Assembly: GCA_964592725.1 (NCBI GenBank)
Contig: CAZQFQ010000003.1
Location: 1-48,954 of the forward strand
Direction of reading: 5' to 3'
Length of the DNA: 48,954 bases
Source of the DNA: an uncultured Candidatus Saccharibacteria bacterium
GTDB taxonomy: Bacteria; Patescibacteriota; Doudnabacteria; UBA920
Position numbers and translations under genes: made by a program. The notes under the pieces are model-generated. The model made no database searches and had not been told where the DNA came from. It saw nothing but the letters and a program-made list of their open reading frames with translations. This document shows positions 41,875 to 48,855 of this stretch, piece after piece; positions within the stretch are counted from its first letter, which is position 1, and each line of letters opens with the position of its first letter.

Positions 41875-42717
41875 TTACAAGACTATTTTTAACCCGGCTA
41901 TGGGCGGCATGGGCTCATATTGGGATGTCAGTATCCCCGTAATTTCCTCCACTAATTTTTCATCCCCAAGTTCGGCCCGGCCAAACCAATCCGGCTGGGC
42001 GTCCAATAGGACTTCCGGGTGTTTGTTCTCGCGCTCCAATAATTCCCAGGACTGTTTATAATGAATATCATAAATATGGGCGTTGGAAATGGAATGCGTG
42101 TAAGTCCCGGGCTTTACCCCTAAGCGCGCCGCCAATAAATGCTGCAATAAAGAAAATCCGGCAACATCATGGGGGCAGCCCAATATCATATCGTTTGAAC
42201 GGACCACGTTATGCAAATGTAATTTGTTGCCGATAATATTGACTGTAAATGTAAATGGGCAAGGCACATTTTTTTTCGGCGTGGATTTAAGTCCCGGGCC
42301 GTATAAACCATCGTCGGCCGGATCCCAAGTAACGACCACCGCCTGCCTCGAATGAGGCTCTATTTCCAAATGTTTGACCAACTGGCCAAGCTGATCGCGG
42401 CCAAAATGGTGGCGCCAGCGGTAGCCGTAAGCCGCCGCTACGGTGCCGTCGCTTTCCGTAAAATCTTTCCAAATGCCGGTGTATTTATTTAAAAACTCAT
42501 CCGGCCTTTTAGACCCCATAATATACCAAATCATTTCCGCCACAAATAACTTAATCGGAATTTTTCTTAGAGTCAACAGGGGAAAACCGTTATCCACGCG
42601 AATGGTTACACCGGGTAAAATCTTTATTTTATGCCCGGTTCTTTCATTTAGCTCCTCATAACCCTTGTTCATTATGTCCAAAATGGCTTTTTTGTATTCC
42701 TGATCAAATTGCGTCAT
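41875..42717 (-). CDS. thymidylate-synthase-family pyrimidine C5-modifying enzyme (non-canonical; Asp at the Asn177 position)
   Basis: Gap-free TS blocks: ERTG, AEMIWY, YGYRWR, catalytic VPCPF (Cys153, codon 42259-42261), RSNDMILGCPHDVAGF, AHIY. The canonical PFNIA reads PHDVA (Asp184, codon 42166-42168). Strong SD AAGGAGG lies upstream. Confidence 0.8.
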   Translation of the reverse strand: MTQFDQEYKKAILDIMNKGYEELNERTGHKIKILPGVTIRVDNGFPLLTLRKIPIKLFVAEMIWYIMGSKRPDEFLNKYTGIWKDFTESDGTVAAAYGYRWRHHFGRDQLGQLVKHLEIEPHSRQAVVVTWDPADDGLYGPGLKSTPKKNVPCPFTFTVNIIGNKLHLHNVVRSNDMILGCPHDVAGFSLLQHLLAARLGVKPGTYTHSISNAHIYDIHYKQSWELLERENKHPEVLLDAQPDWFGRAELGDEKLVEEITGILTSQYEPMPPIAGLKIVL

Positions 42718-42739
42718 AATCGTACTTTTTTACCTCCTT

Positions 42740-42768
42740 ATTCTACACCAATTTTTAATGGTTGACAA
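42740..42768 (-). promoter_or_regulatory. sigma70-type promoter of the nucleotide operon
   Basis: Minus strand TTGTCA, 17-nt spacer, TAGAAT. Followed by AAGGAGG and the ATG at 42717. Confidence 0.6.
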
Positions 42769-42790
42769 AGTTTTTCAAATACCCTAAAAT
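42762..42790 (+). promoter_or_regulatory. consensus sigma70-type promoter, divergent, sharing its -35 with the operon promoter
   Basis: TTGACA, 17-nt spacer, TAAAAT. Its -35 (42762-42767) overlaps the minus-strand -35 (42763-42768). Confidence 0.6.
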
Positions 42791-42798
42791 TCAAACAA

Positions 42799-42879
42799 AT
42801 GAGCAAAATCTTCTCTTCCAGCATTATCATTATTATTACTCCGACGCCGCTGGCTGTGGGAAGAGTTTTGTTTAGATAG
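42799..42879 (+). CDS. candidate leaderless 26-aa hydrophobic micro-ORF, or a non-coding sRNA of about 130 nt
   Basis: The ATG lies 8 nt after the -10 box. Encodes MSKIFSSSIIIIITPTPLAVGRVLFR*. The unit ends at the strong terminator 42892-42925. Confidence 0.3.
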   Translation: MSKIFSSSIIIIITPTPLAVGRVLFR

Positions 42880-42891
42880 ATTTAAACTCTT

Positions 42892-42925
42892 AACCCCCTG
42901 GCCCAAGCGGCCAGGGGGTTTTTTG
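42892..42925 (+). terminator. rho-independent terminator
   Basis: AACCCCCTGGCC-caag-CGGCCAGGGGGTT followed by TTTT. Confidence 0.85.
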
Positions 42926-42948
42926 TATAGCGCGAAGCAACTTATTTT

Positions 42949-42994
42949 TCTCCCCCTCTGGGGGAGATGCCGAGGCAGCCGAGGCAGAGAGGGT
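42949..42994 (-). repeat. CTCTCCC/GGGGGAGA hairpin repeat, copy b (inverted)
   Basis: Its reverse complement, ACCCTCTCTGCCTCGGCTGCCTCGGCATCTCCCCCAGAGGGGGAGA, matches 9537-9583 at both ends. Confidence 0.7.
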
Positions 42995-43102
42995 TTAGTA
43001 TTCGGGGATAATCTTTGCTGGCACAAGACTGTCCCAACCAGTCTTGTGCCCACAAGGCACTAAAATCCCAGCCGGCGCCGCCGGCAACAAACAGGAGGAG
43101 AC

Positions 43103-43357
43103 ATGAAAAACTGCATCTATGTGCCGCAAGAACTTCGAGTGGATATCGGCCCAGACAGCCTGGTAAAGGGCAAAAGGATTGAAGGTACCGACCTGACAAT
43201 CCTGGAAATTACAGAGCCAAAAACCCTAAGCCCATCTTATTACCTCATCTGTCGGGCTGATGACGGTCAGGAATTTCTCGGGCTTCGCCCCGAAAACAGT
43301 CCTGCTACAGTATTCACATACCATAAGTTGGTAAATTTGGACGATTCGGCCAATTAA
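43103..43357 (+). CDS. hypothetical protein
   Basis: 84-aa ORF with a strong SD (AGGAGGAGAC-ATG), a structured GC-rich 5' region and its own terminator. No recognisable motif. Confidence 0.55.
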   Translation: MKNCIYVPQELRVDIGPDSLVKGKRIEGTDLTILEITEPKTLSPSYYLICRADDGQEFLGLRPENSPATVFTYHKLVNLDDSAN

Positions 43358-43398
43358 ACCGTCCGTTTAGACGACCGATTGCGGAAGATCGCTAACAC

Positions 43399-43440
43399 GG
43401 CGGGAACAGCCAACCGGCTTGTTCCCGCCTTCACTTTTTT
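43399..43440 (+). terminator. rho-independent terminator
   Basis: GGCGGGAACAGCC-aac-CGGCTTGTTCCCGCC followed by a T tract. Confidence 0.75.
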
Positions 43441-43483
43441 AAAAAAAGCCGCCCAATCAAGGCGGCCTTCAAAAAGATAAAAG

Positions 43484-43924
43484 TTAGCTTAAAGGCTTGG
43501 AAAAATCCACTATCTCGTAATTAGGCGGGGTCTCCCCTTTAAACATTTTTTCCTGCACAACCTTTAAAATTGCTTCCGAATTATTCTGGGATTTTAAAAG
43601 GTAGGCCTCAATGCCCAAAGCCTTGGCCGTCTGAATTTCTTCCTGATTGGAAAAATTGCTTAAGACAATCACCATAGTCTTGGAGATGTTTTCATCCGGA
43701 TATTCGCGCAGCCTTTTTAAAAAATCCAGCCCTTTGACTTTTGGCAACAGCAAATCCAAAACGACCAGTTTAGGCAAATGAAAAAGCAATTTTTCCATGG
43801 CCTCTTCGCCGTCATAGGCTAAAGAAACATCCAGGCCGTGGCCGGAAAGGTAGGCGCTCAAAGTGTTGCGGTAGTCAACGTCATCCTCGACAATCAAAAC
43901 TTTTTTGGACAGGTCATCTGACAT
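43484..43924 (-). CDS. stand-alone response-regulator receiver domain (CheY-like)
   Basis: KVLIVEDDVD, VVLDLLLP (phospho-acceptor Asp), VLSN, AYLLKS (Lys). 146 aa with no output domain. Confidence 0.85.
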   Translation of the reverse strand: MSDDLSKKVLIVEDDVDYRNTLSAYLSGHGLDVSLAYDGEEAMEKLLFHLPKLVVLDLLLPKVKGLDFLKRLREYPDENISKTMVIVLSNFSNQEEIQTAKALGIEAYLLKSQNNSEAILKVVQEKMFKGETPPNYEIVDFSKPLS

Positions 43925-43935
43925 AAAAGAAATTG

Positions 43936-44622
43936 CTATTGGACTTTTACTTTTATTCCCGGGCCCATGGTGGAATTCACGGAAACGGAAGAAATAAATT
44001 GCCCTTTAATTGTGGTCGGCTTGCTTTGCAAAATCGCCTGGTATAATGCTTTTAAATTTTCCAGCAAAGCCTTGCTTTCAAAATTGCTTTTGCCGATTAT
44101 TTGATGGATGTTGCCGCTGTCGTCGTTTTTAAAGTTGACCTTGCCGCCGGCGATTTCTTTAATCAGCGCGCCGACGTTCGGACCCACGGTGCCGGTTTTC
44201 GGGTTGGGCATAAGGCCGCGAGTCCCCAAAATTTTGGCAATTTGGGCCAATTTTGGCATCATAGCGGGTTCCGCCACGGCTACGTCAAAGTCCGTTTTTT
44301 CCGTTTCTTTGATTTTTTTAATCAGTTCCTCGCCACCGACAACAAAAGCTCCGGCGTCTTTGGCTTCCTTCTCTTTGGCTTCCGTAACAAAGGCCGCGAC
44401 CTTCTTGGTTTTGCCCGAGCCATGGGGCAGGCTCACGGTACCGCGCACGGACTGGTCGGTTTTTTTGGCGTCAATCATGGTTTTTACGTGTACCTCAACA
44501 GAACCTACAAATTTTGTATTTGCGGTTTTTTTGGCCAGCTCAATCCCCTCTTCCGGCGTGTAGACTTTGTCTTTATCTACCAACCCGTTATTCGCTTTGA
44601 CTCTCTTGGCAATTTTTGCCAT
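43936..44622 (-). CDS. rplA: 50S ribosomal protein L1
   Basis: 228 aa with typical L1 blocks: VRGTVSLPHGSGK, LMPNPKTGTV, IHQIIGK. Confidence 0.95.
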   Translation of the reverse strand: MAKIAKRVKANNGLVDKDKVYTPEEGIELAKKTANTKFVGSVEVHVKTMIDAKKTDQSVRGTVSLPHGSGKTKKVAAFVTEAKEKEAKDAGAFVVGGEELIKKIKETEKTDFDVAVAEPAMMPKLAQIAKILGTRGLMPNPKTGTVGPNVGALIKEIAGGKVNFKNDDSGNIHQIIGKSNFESKALLENLKALYQAILQSKPTTIKGQFISSVSVNSTMGPGIKVKVQ

Positions 44623-44813
44623 AAACTTTTTCCTTCCTGCCCGCCGAAGCTTTACGCGAAGGCGGGTCGTGGTAATAACGAGTCTACTATATTACTAGAT
44701 AGTAATATAGTGCGTGCTCTCCCACAAATTAATTAAGATTTCACAGATACGCAGATGGCACTGATAACACGGACCAAAGTCTGCGTTGTCTGTGAAATCT
44801 GTGTATCTGTGAA

Positions 44814-45146
44814 CTAAACTTCTTTTTTTGCCAATCTCCAATGGTAATACCAAACCGGCGTGGCTACGATTATCATTGCCAAAGCCTCGGCCGCGGTGTT
44901 TTCCCGTTGGGAAGTTTGCTGGTCTTTGGCTTGCTGAGCTTGAGCGTTTAAGGTTGCCTGATCGCAACCGGCAGATGTGTTGCCTGCGGTTACAGGCTGA
45001 GCGCAGGGCGTGGAATAATAATTCATATCCGCCTTAGTAAACACCCATGCTTTTAGCGCCAAGTTAATTAGCATAATCGCGCCGATTACGGCGATGATTA
45101 AAGAAATTGTGGACACTAGATAAAGATATGCTTTTTTTAAACTCAT
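44814..45146 (-). CDS. small membrane protein (two TM helices)
   Basis: 110 aa with an N-terminal and a C-terminal TM helix and a Cys pair in the loop. Lies downstream of the SPFH gene, possibly as its partner. Confidence 0.5.
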   Translation of the reverse strand: MSLKKAYLYLVSTISLIIAVIGAIMLINLALKAWVFTKADMNYYSTPCAQPVTAGNTSAGCDQATLNAQAQQAKDQQTSQRENTAAEALAMIIVATPVWYYHWRLAKKEV

Positions 45147-45155
45147 ATGATTCGC

Positions 45156-45258
45156 CTTTCTACTAAATACTAAATTTACTAAAAGTACGAAATACGAAAA
45201 TCGGAATTCAAGTTTAGTATTTAGTACCTTTCGTATCCTTTAGTATTTAGTAGAGAAA
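45156..45258. repeat. ACTAAATAC-word long hairpin element, copy 1
   Basis: CTTTCTACTAAATACTAAA..TACGAAATACGAAA..AAGTTTAGTATTTAGTACCTTTCGTATCCTTTAGTATTTAGTAGAGAAA. Second copy at 47741-47871. Confidence 0.75.
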
Positions 45259-45264
45259 TTTGGC

Positions 45265-46026
45265 TTACTTTATGCTCTCATCCGAAATAAATTTCTGTAT
45301 ATCTTTAACCGTGCTCATAAATTGGGCGGGAAAAATTATGGTAGAATTTTTCTCTACCGAAATTTCCGACATAGTCTGGAGGTTGCGGAGCTGCAGGGCG
45401 ATTGGATGTTTGGCAATAACGTCCGCGGCGTCGGCCAGTTTTTGCGCCGATAAAAATTCACCTTCGGCCGCAATAATTTTGGCGCGTTTTTCCCGTTCAG
45501 CCTCGGCCTGCTTGGCCATGGCGCGCTGCATATTTTCCGGCAATTCAATATCTTTAATTTCTACCAGCGAGACTACTACCCCCCACGGTTCGGTGTGCGT
45601 ATCCAAGACATCCCGAATTTCCTGGTTGATTGTGACTCTCTCGGAAAGAATTTCATCAAGCTGAAATTTACCTACGATATTGCGGATAGTAGTTTGGGAA
45701 ATTTGGTTAATGGCGGACATTACGTTTTCTATGGCTACGATGCTTTTGACCGCGTCGGTAACCTGATAGTAAGCCACGGCTGAAATATCAACCGAAACGT
45801 TGTCTTTGGTAATAATTTTTTGCGGCGGAATGGGCAGTGTAATGGTGCGCAAATCCACTTTTCTGACTTTATCAATATACGGAATGACCATGGTCAACCC
45901 CGGCTGTTTAATGCCGACAATTTTCCCAAACCTAAATACTACGCCTTTTTGGTACTGCTGGATTACGCGGAAGGCGGGAAGAATGAGGAAGACAAAGATG
46001 ATGATGAGAAGTGAGAGAATGTCCAT
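45265..46026 (-). CDS. SPFH/band-7 (stomatin/prohibitin-like) protein
   Basis: N-terminal TM helix plus an SPFH core (VDLRTITLPIPPQKIITKDNV..; AEREKRAKIIAAEGE). Confidence 0.88.
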   Translation of the reverse strand: MDILSLLIIIFVFLILPAFRVIQQYQKGVVFRFGKIVGIKQPGLTMVIPYIDKVRKVDLRTITLPIPPQKIITKDNVSVDISAVAYYQVTDAVKSIVAIENVMSAINQISQTTIRNIVGKFQLDEILSERVTINQEIRDVLDTHTEPWGVVVSLVEIKDIELPENMQRAMAKQAEAEREKRAKIIAAEGEFLSAQKLADAADVIAKHPIALQLRNLQTMSEISVEKNSTIIFPAQFMSTVKDIQKFISDESIK

Positions 46027-46144
46027 ATGTTTAAAGTTATTGGCTATAGGTTGTGGCGGCCGGTTTAGTTGTAAGGTTTTAGGTGTAGGTACTTATAACC
46101 TATAACCTGCTACCCTACTGGCCGCTTTGCCCTACAACCCATTA

Positions 46145-46567
46145 CTAATCAACGACTTCCACCCCCATAGACCGACATGTGCCGCGGATAATTTTTTCCG
46201 CCGCTTCAAGAGTGTTGGCATTTAAGTCCTGCATTTTCTTTTCCGCGATTTCCTTAATTTGCTTTTGCGTGATTTTGCCAACTTTGGTGGTTAATGGATT
46301 CGCGGATCCTTTTGCCAGGCCGATTGCCTTCATAATCAAATTGGATGCCGGAGGGGTTTTTAAAATAAAGCTAAACGACCTGTCTTCGTAGATAGTCATT
46401 TGCACCGGGATAATCATATCCCCGCCCGCGGTTTTGTCGTTAAATTCTTTAACGAACGCGGCAATATTTACGCCGTGCGGCCCAAGGGCCGTACCAACCG
46501 GCGGCGCCGGGGTCGCTTTTCCGGCCGGAAGCTGTAATTTAAGCTGTACTTTGACTTTCTTAGCCAT
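46145..46567 (-). CDS. rplK: 50S ribosomal protein L11
   Basis: [35 protein letters not shown].., canonical L11. Confidence 0.96.
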   Translation of the reverse strand: MAKKVKVQLKLQLPAGKATPAPPVGTALGPHGVNIAAFVKEFNDKTAGGDMIIPVQMTIYEDRSFSFILKTPPASNLIMKAIGLAKGSANPLTTKVGKITQKQIKEIAEKKMQDLNANTLEAAEKIIRGTCRSMGVEVVD

Positions 46568-46598
46568 ACGTTTTTATGATGGTAGACTGCTGCCACTT

Positions 46599-46662
46599 AT
46601 CTCGTGCCCGAGGGTTACCCTCGGAGCCGGGATTATGCCTGACCGAGGGTAACCCTCGGCTT
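46599..46662 (+). repeat. 64-bp twin-palindrome element, copy A
   Basis: ATCTCGTGCCCGAGGGTTACCCTCGGAGCCGGGATTATGCCTGACCGAGGGTAACCCTCGGCTT. 62/64 identical to 47055-47118. Confidence 0.85.
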
Positions 46663-46726
46663 AAGGCATGGGCTTTTTAGTGCAATCGGGACGGATATTT
46701 CCGCCAACCATTCCTTTCTAAAAAAT

Positions 46727-46993
46727 TTATACAAAACTAAGCCTTAAAACATTTCTAATATATTTTGGCGGTACAGAACGTAATTGGGGAAATTCTTTTA
46801 TTACTTCGTTGTACACGTATTCAATCATTGCCTCTTTGCCTTCAGATCGAGAAGGTCTTTCCATAAATTCATCTCTAATAGCATCTACGTAACCTTTAAT
46901 CTCAGGGTCGTGAAGCCAATCCCAAATACTTTTTTCCATGTCAAAATCATATTCTTCGTTACTCTTACTTCTTTGTTCATGCCCTTCTGACAT
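46727..46993 (-). CDS. hypothetical acidic 88-aa protein, bracketed by the 64-bp direct repeats
   Basis: ORF in an AT-rich segment between nusG and rplK. No recognisable motif. Confidence 0.5.
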   Translation of the reverse strand: MSEGHEQRSKSNEEYDFDMEKSIWDWLHDPEIKGYVDAIRDEFMERPSRSEGKEAMIEYVYNEVIKEFPQLRSVPPKYIRNVLRLSFV

Positions 46994-47054
46994 AAGATTG
47001 CGATATTTATATTTTCTTTACTGCAAAAAGTCCAATTTCGCCGCGGTTTCTCTC

Positions 47055-47118
47055 ATCTCGTACCCGAGGGTTACCCTCGGAGCCGGGATTATGCCTGGCC
47101 GAGGGTAACCCTCGGCTT
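47055..47118 (+). repeat. 64-bp twin-palindrome element, copy B
   Basis: Same sequence as copy A with 2 substitutions, in the same orientation. Confidence 0.85.
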
Positions 47119-47180
47119 TTTAATAATTTATGCACCAAGTTTTGCGTCTTTCCGCATTAAGTTCCGCGTCTTTCCGCGAC

Positions 47181-47726
47181 CTAGATTTTCTTGACCTGCA
47201 AAAAATCCAACTCCACCGGAGTTTCGCGGCCAAAGATGGTGACCATGACTTTGACTTTGCCGTGCTGTTCGTCCAGCGAGCCGACTTTGCCTTCGTATTC
47301 TTTGAACGGGCCGTCCTGGATTTTCACCAGGTCGCCAACGGCGAATTCTACTTTGTACTTGGGTTCGTCCGCGCCCATGCGCTTTTTGAGGTAAATCCAT
47401 TCCGCATCATCAATCGGGGAAGGAATTGTTCCGCTGCCCACGAATCCCGTAACGTTAGGCGTGTTGCGGACTACATACCAGGAGTCATCGGTCACAATCA
47501 TATCTATTAAAACATACCCCGGAAAAATTTTTTCTTCAAACGTGGTGCGTTTGCCGTCCTTAATCTTGATTTTCTTTTCCTTGGGCACCATTGCTTCAAA
47601 AATTTTGTCCTGCATGCCCATGCTTTCAATGCGCTGCTTTAAGTTAAAAGCCACGCTGTCCTCGTAACCGCTGTAGGTGTGCAATACGTACCAATGACGT
47701 TCACCTGTAACTTGCTGTCGAGCCAT
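47181..47726 (-). CDS. nusG: transcription termination/antitermination factor NusG
   Basis: WYVLHTYSGYE NGN domain and a C-terminal KOW (GDLVKIQDGPFKEYEGKV). Confidence 0.95.
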   Translation of the reverse strand: MARQQVTGERHWYVLHTYSGYEDSVAFNLKQRIESMGMQDKIFEAMVPKEKKIKIKDGKRTTFEEKIFPGYVLIDMIVTDDSWYVVRNTPNVTGFVGSGTIPSPIDDAEWIYLKKRMGADEPKYKVEFAVGDLVKIQDGPFKEYEGKVGSLDEQHGKVKVMVTIFGRETPVELDFLQVKKI

Positions 47727-47740
47727 AAATATTCTGAAAA

Positions 47741-47871
47741 CTTTCTACTAAATACTAAAAGGTACTAAATATACGAAATACGAAACTAGATTTAAGTTTA
47801 GTATTTTCCGCCAGCGGCGGATCTGCCTCCGGCATGAAGCACCTTTCGTATCTTTTAGTATTTAGTAGAGA
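47741..47871. repeat. ACTAAATAC-word long hairpin element, copy 2, with a nested TTTTCCGCC repeat at 47804-47838
   Basis: Same arms as 45156-45258. TAGT of copy 1 is replaced by TTCCGCCAGCGGCGGATCTGCCTCCGGCATGAAGC. Confidence 0.75.
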
Positions 47872-47881
47872 TAATTAATGC

Positions 47882-48427
47882 TTAGTGAATAGTAAAAAAT
47901 AATACGGATATGAGTAAAATTATTTCCACGTAAAATGTCCAACGGGTGACGTAAAATTTTAAAAAGTTTAACCAATAACCAAAAAAACTTTCCGCACGGA
48001 TTTTTGGCTCCAGCCCGCGATCCTTTAACGCCCATATTTCTTTGTTAAACGGCCACAGCCACATAACCCCGGCAATATCAATGCTGTCCAAAAGAAAGTG
48101 GCTCCAACTGCACACCCACACAAGCAAACCGAACATTTTGTAGTACGGGCTTTGGGCAAAAAAATAAATAAGCAGTCCCGCGATGAGCCACAAAACCGGC
48201 AGGTGGCTACGGAACCTCCGATGGGTTCTATTGTCCACTCCCGGCTTATACCACCACGCCCGAACCTTGGCAAAAGCCGCGAAGCTATCCAAATCCGGTG
48301 CAAAACCAAAGAACGCCCCCCACCATAGTAAACGCGTTTGCTGGGCTTGGGTTATTTGCGGATGGGCAAAATGTAAAAGGGCTTTGGCGGTTAAAAAACC
48401 CGCGGCTATGTGTCCTGGTGGAAGCAT
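47882..48427 (-). CDS. membrane-bound metal-dependent hydrolase-like protein (DUF457/YdjM-like)
   Basis: 181 aa, polytopic. N-terminal PPGHIAAG and later His-containing loops are typical of DUF457. Confidence 0.5.
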   Translation of the reverse strand: MLPPGHIAAGFLTAKALLHFAHPQITQAQQTRLLWWGAFFGFAPDLDSFAAFAKVRAWWYKPGVDNRTHRRFRSHLPVLWLIAGLLIYFFAQSPYYKMFGLLVWVCSWSHFLLDSIDIAGVMWLWPFNKEIWALKDRGLEPKIRAESFFGYWLNFLKFYVTRWTFYVEIILLISVLFFTIH

Positions 48428-48529
48428 GAAGAAATGACAAAATTTAAAAAAATGACAAGACTGACAAAATTATTACTGCGCGATATTTTTGCTCATTTCC
48501 GTCGTTTTTGTCATTTTTGTCAATATTTT

Positions 48530-48706
48530 CTATCTATTAATTATCGCCTGGAAGATTATAAACAGCAAATAATCAAAAGCCCCCAAAAACGAGGCAATGA
48601 TAATGCTGAAAATAATCACTGTAAAAGTATACTTAAGCGTTTCGTTGCGCGTCGGCCAGACAACCTTGGCTAACTCATTTTTTACTTCAATAAAGAATTG
48701 AAACAT
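48530..48706 (-). CDS. secE: preprotein translocase subunit SecE
   Basis: 58-aa ORF absent from the ORF track: MFQFFIEVKNELAKVVWPTRNETLKYTFTVIIFSIIIASFLGAFDYLLFIIFQAIINR*. Has the E.K.E..KV.WP.R.E signature plus a single TM helix. Confidence 0.9.
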   Translation of the reverse strand: MFQFFIEVKNELAKVVWPTRNETLKYTFTVIIFSIIIASFLGAFDYLLFIIFQAIINR

Positions 48707-48855
48707 ATGAAATACTGTTTTTAACGCCGATCCGCGACCTTCAATATAAATCTGAGGGTTCCCTCGTCCGTAGTGGCGGGACTCGGGACGGCAACTATAT
48801 AATTTAATAATATAGTTTGCCGTTTTTAAAAGGCCCTTGCGGCCTTTGTATAAAT

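Noticed and set aside
42799-42925. Ile-rich leader peptide (SSIIIIITP) plus terminator as an ilv-type transcription attenuator
   Set aside because: The layout looks like classical attenuation, but nothing related to branched-chain amino acid biosynthesis follows. After the terminator come a repeat and an unrelated, separately promoted or SD-equipped ORF. It is reported instead as a micro-ORF/sRNA unit.
44101-44736. 211-aa ORF (plus the overlapping 151-aa ORF at 44108-44563) on the plus strand
   Set aside because: It is entirely antisense to the well-supported rplA gene. Its composition is Phe/Gly/Arg-rich and low-complexity, typical of a shadow frame. There is no RBS or motif.
44623-44813. 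L1-binding autoregulatory leader upstream of the detached rplA
   Set aside because: The spacer contains hairpins (CCCGCCTTCGCG..CGGCGGG and CTATATTACTA..TAGTAATATAG). I could not recognise the 23S-rRNA L1-stalk mimic by eye, and the hairpins look like the generic intergenic palindromes seen everywhere in this window.
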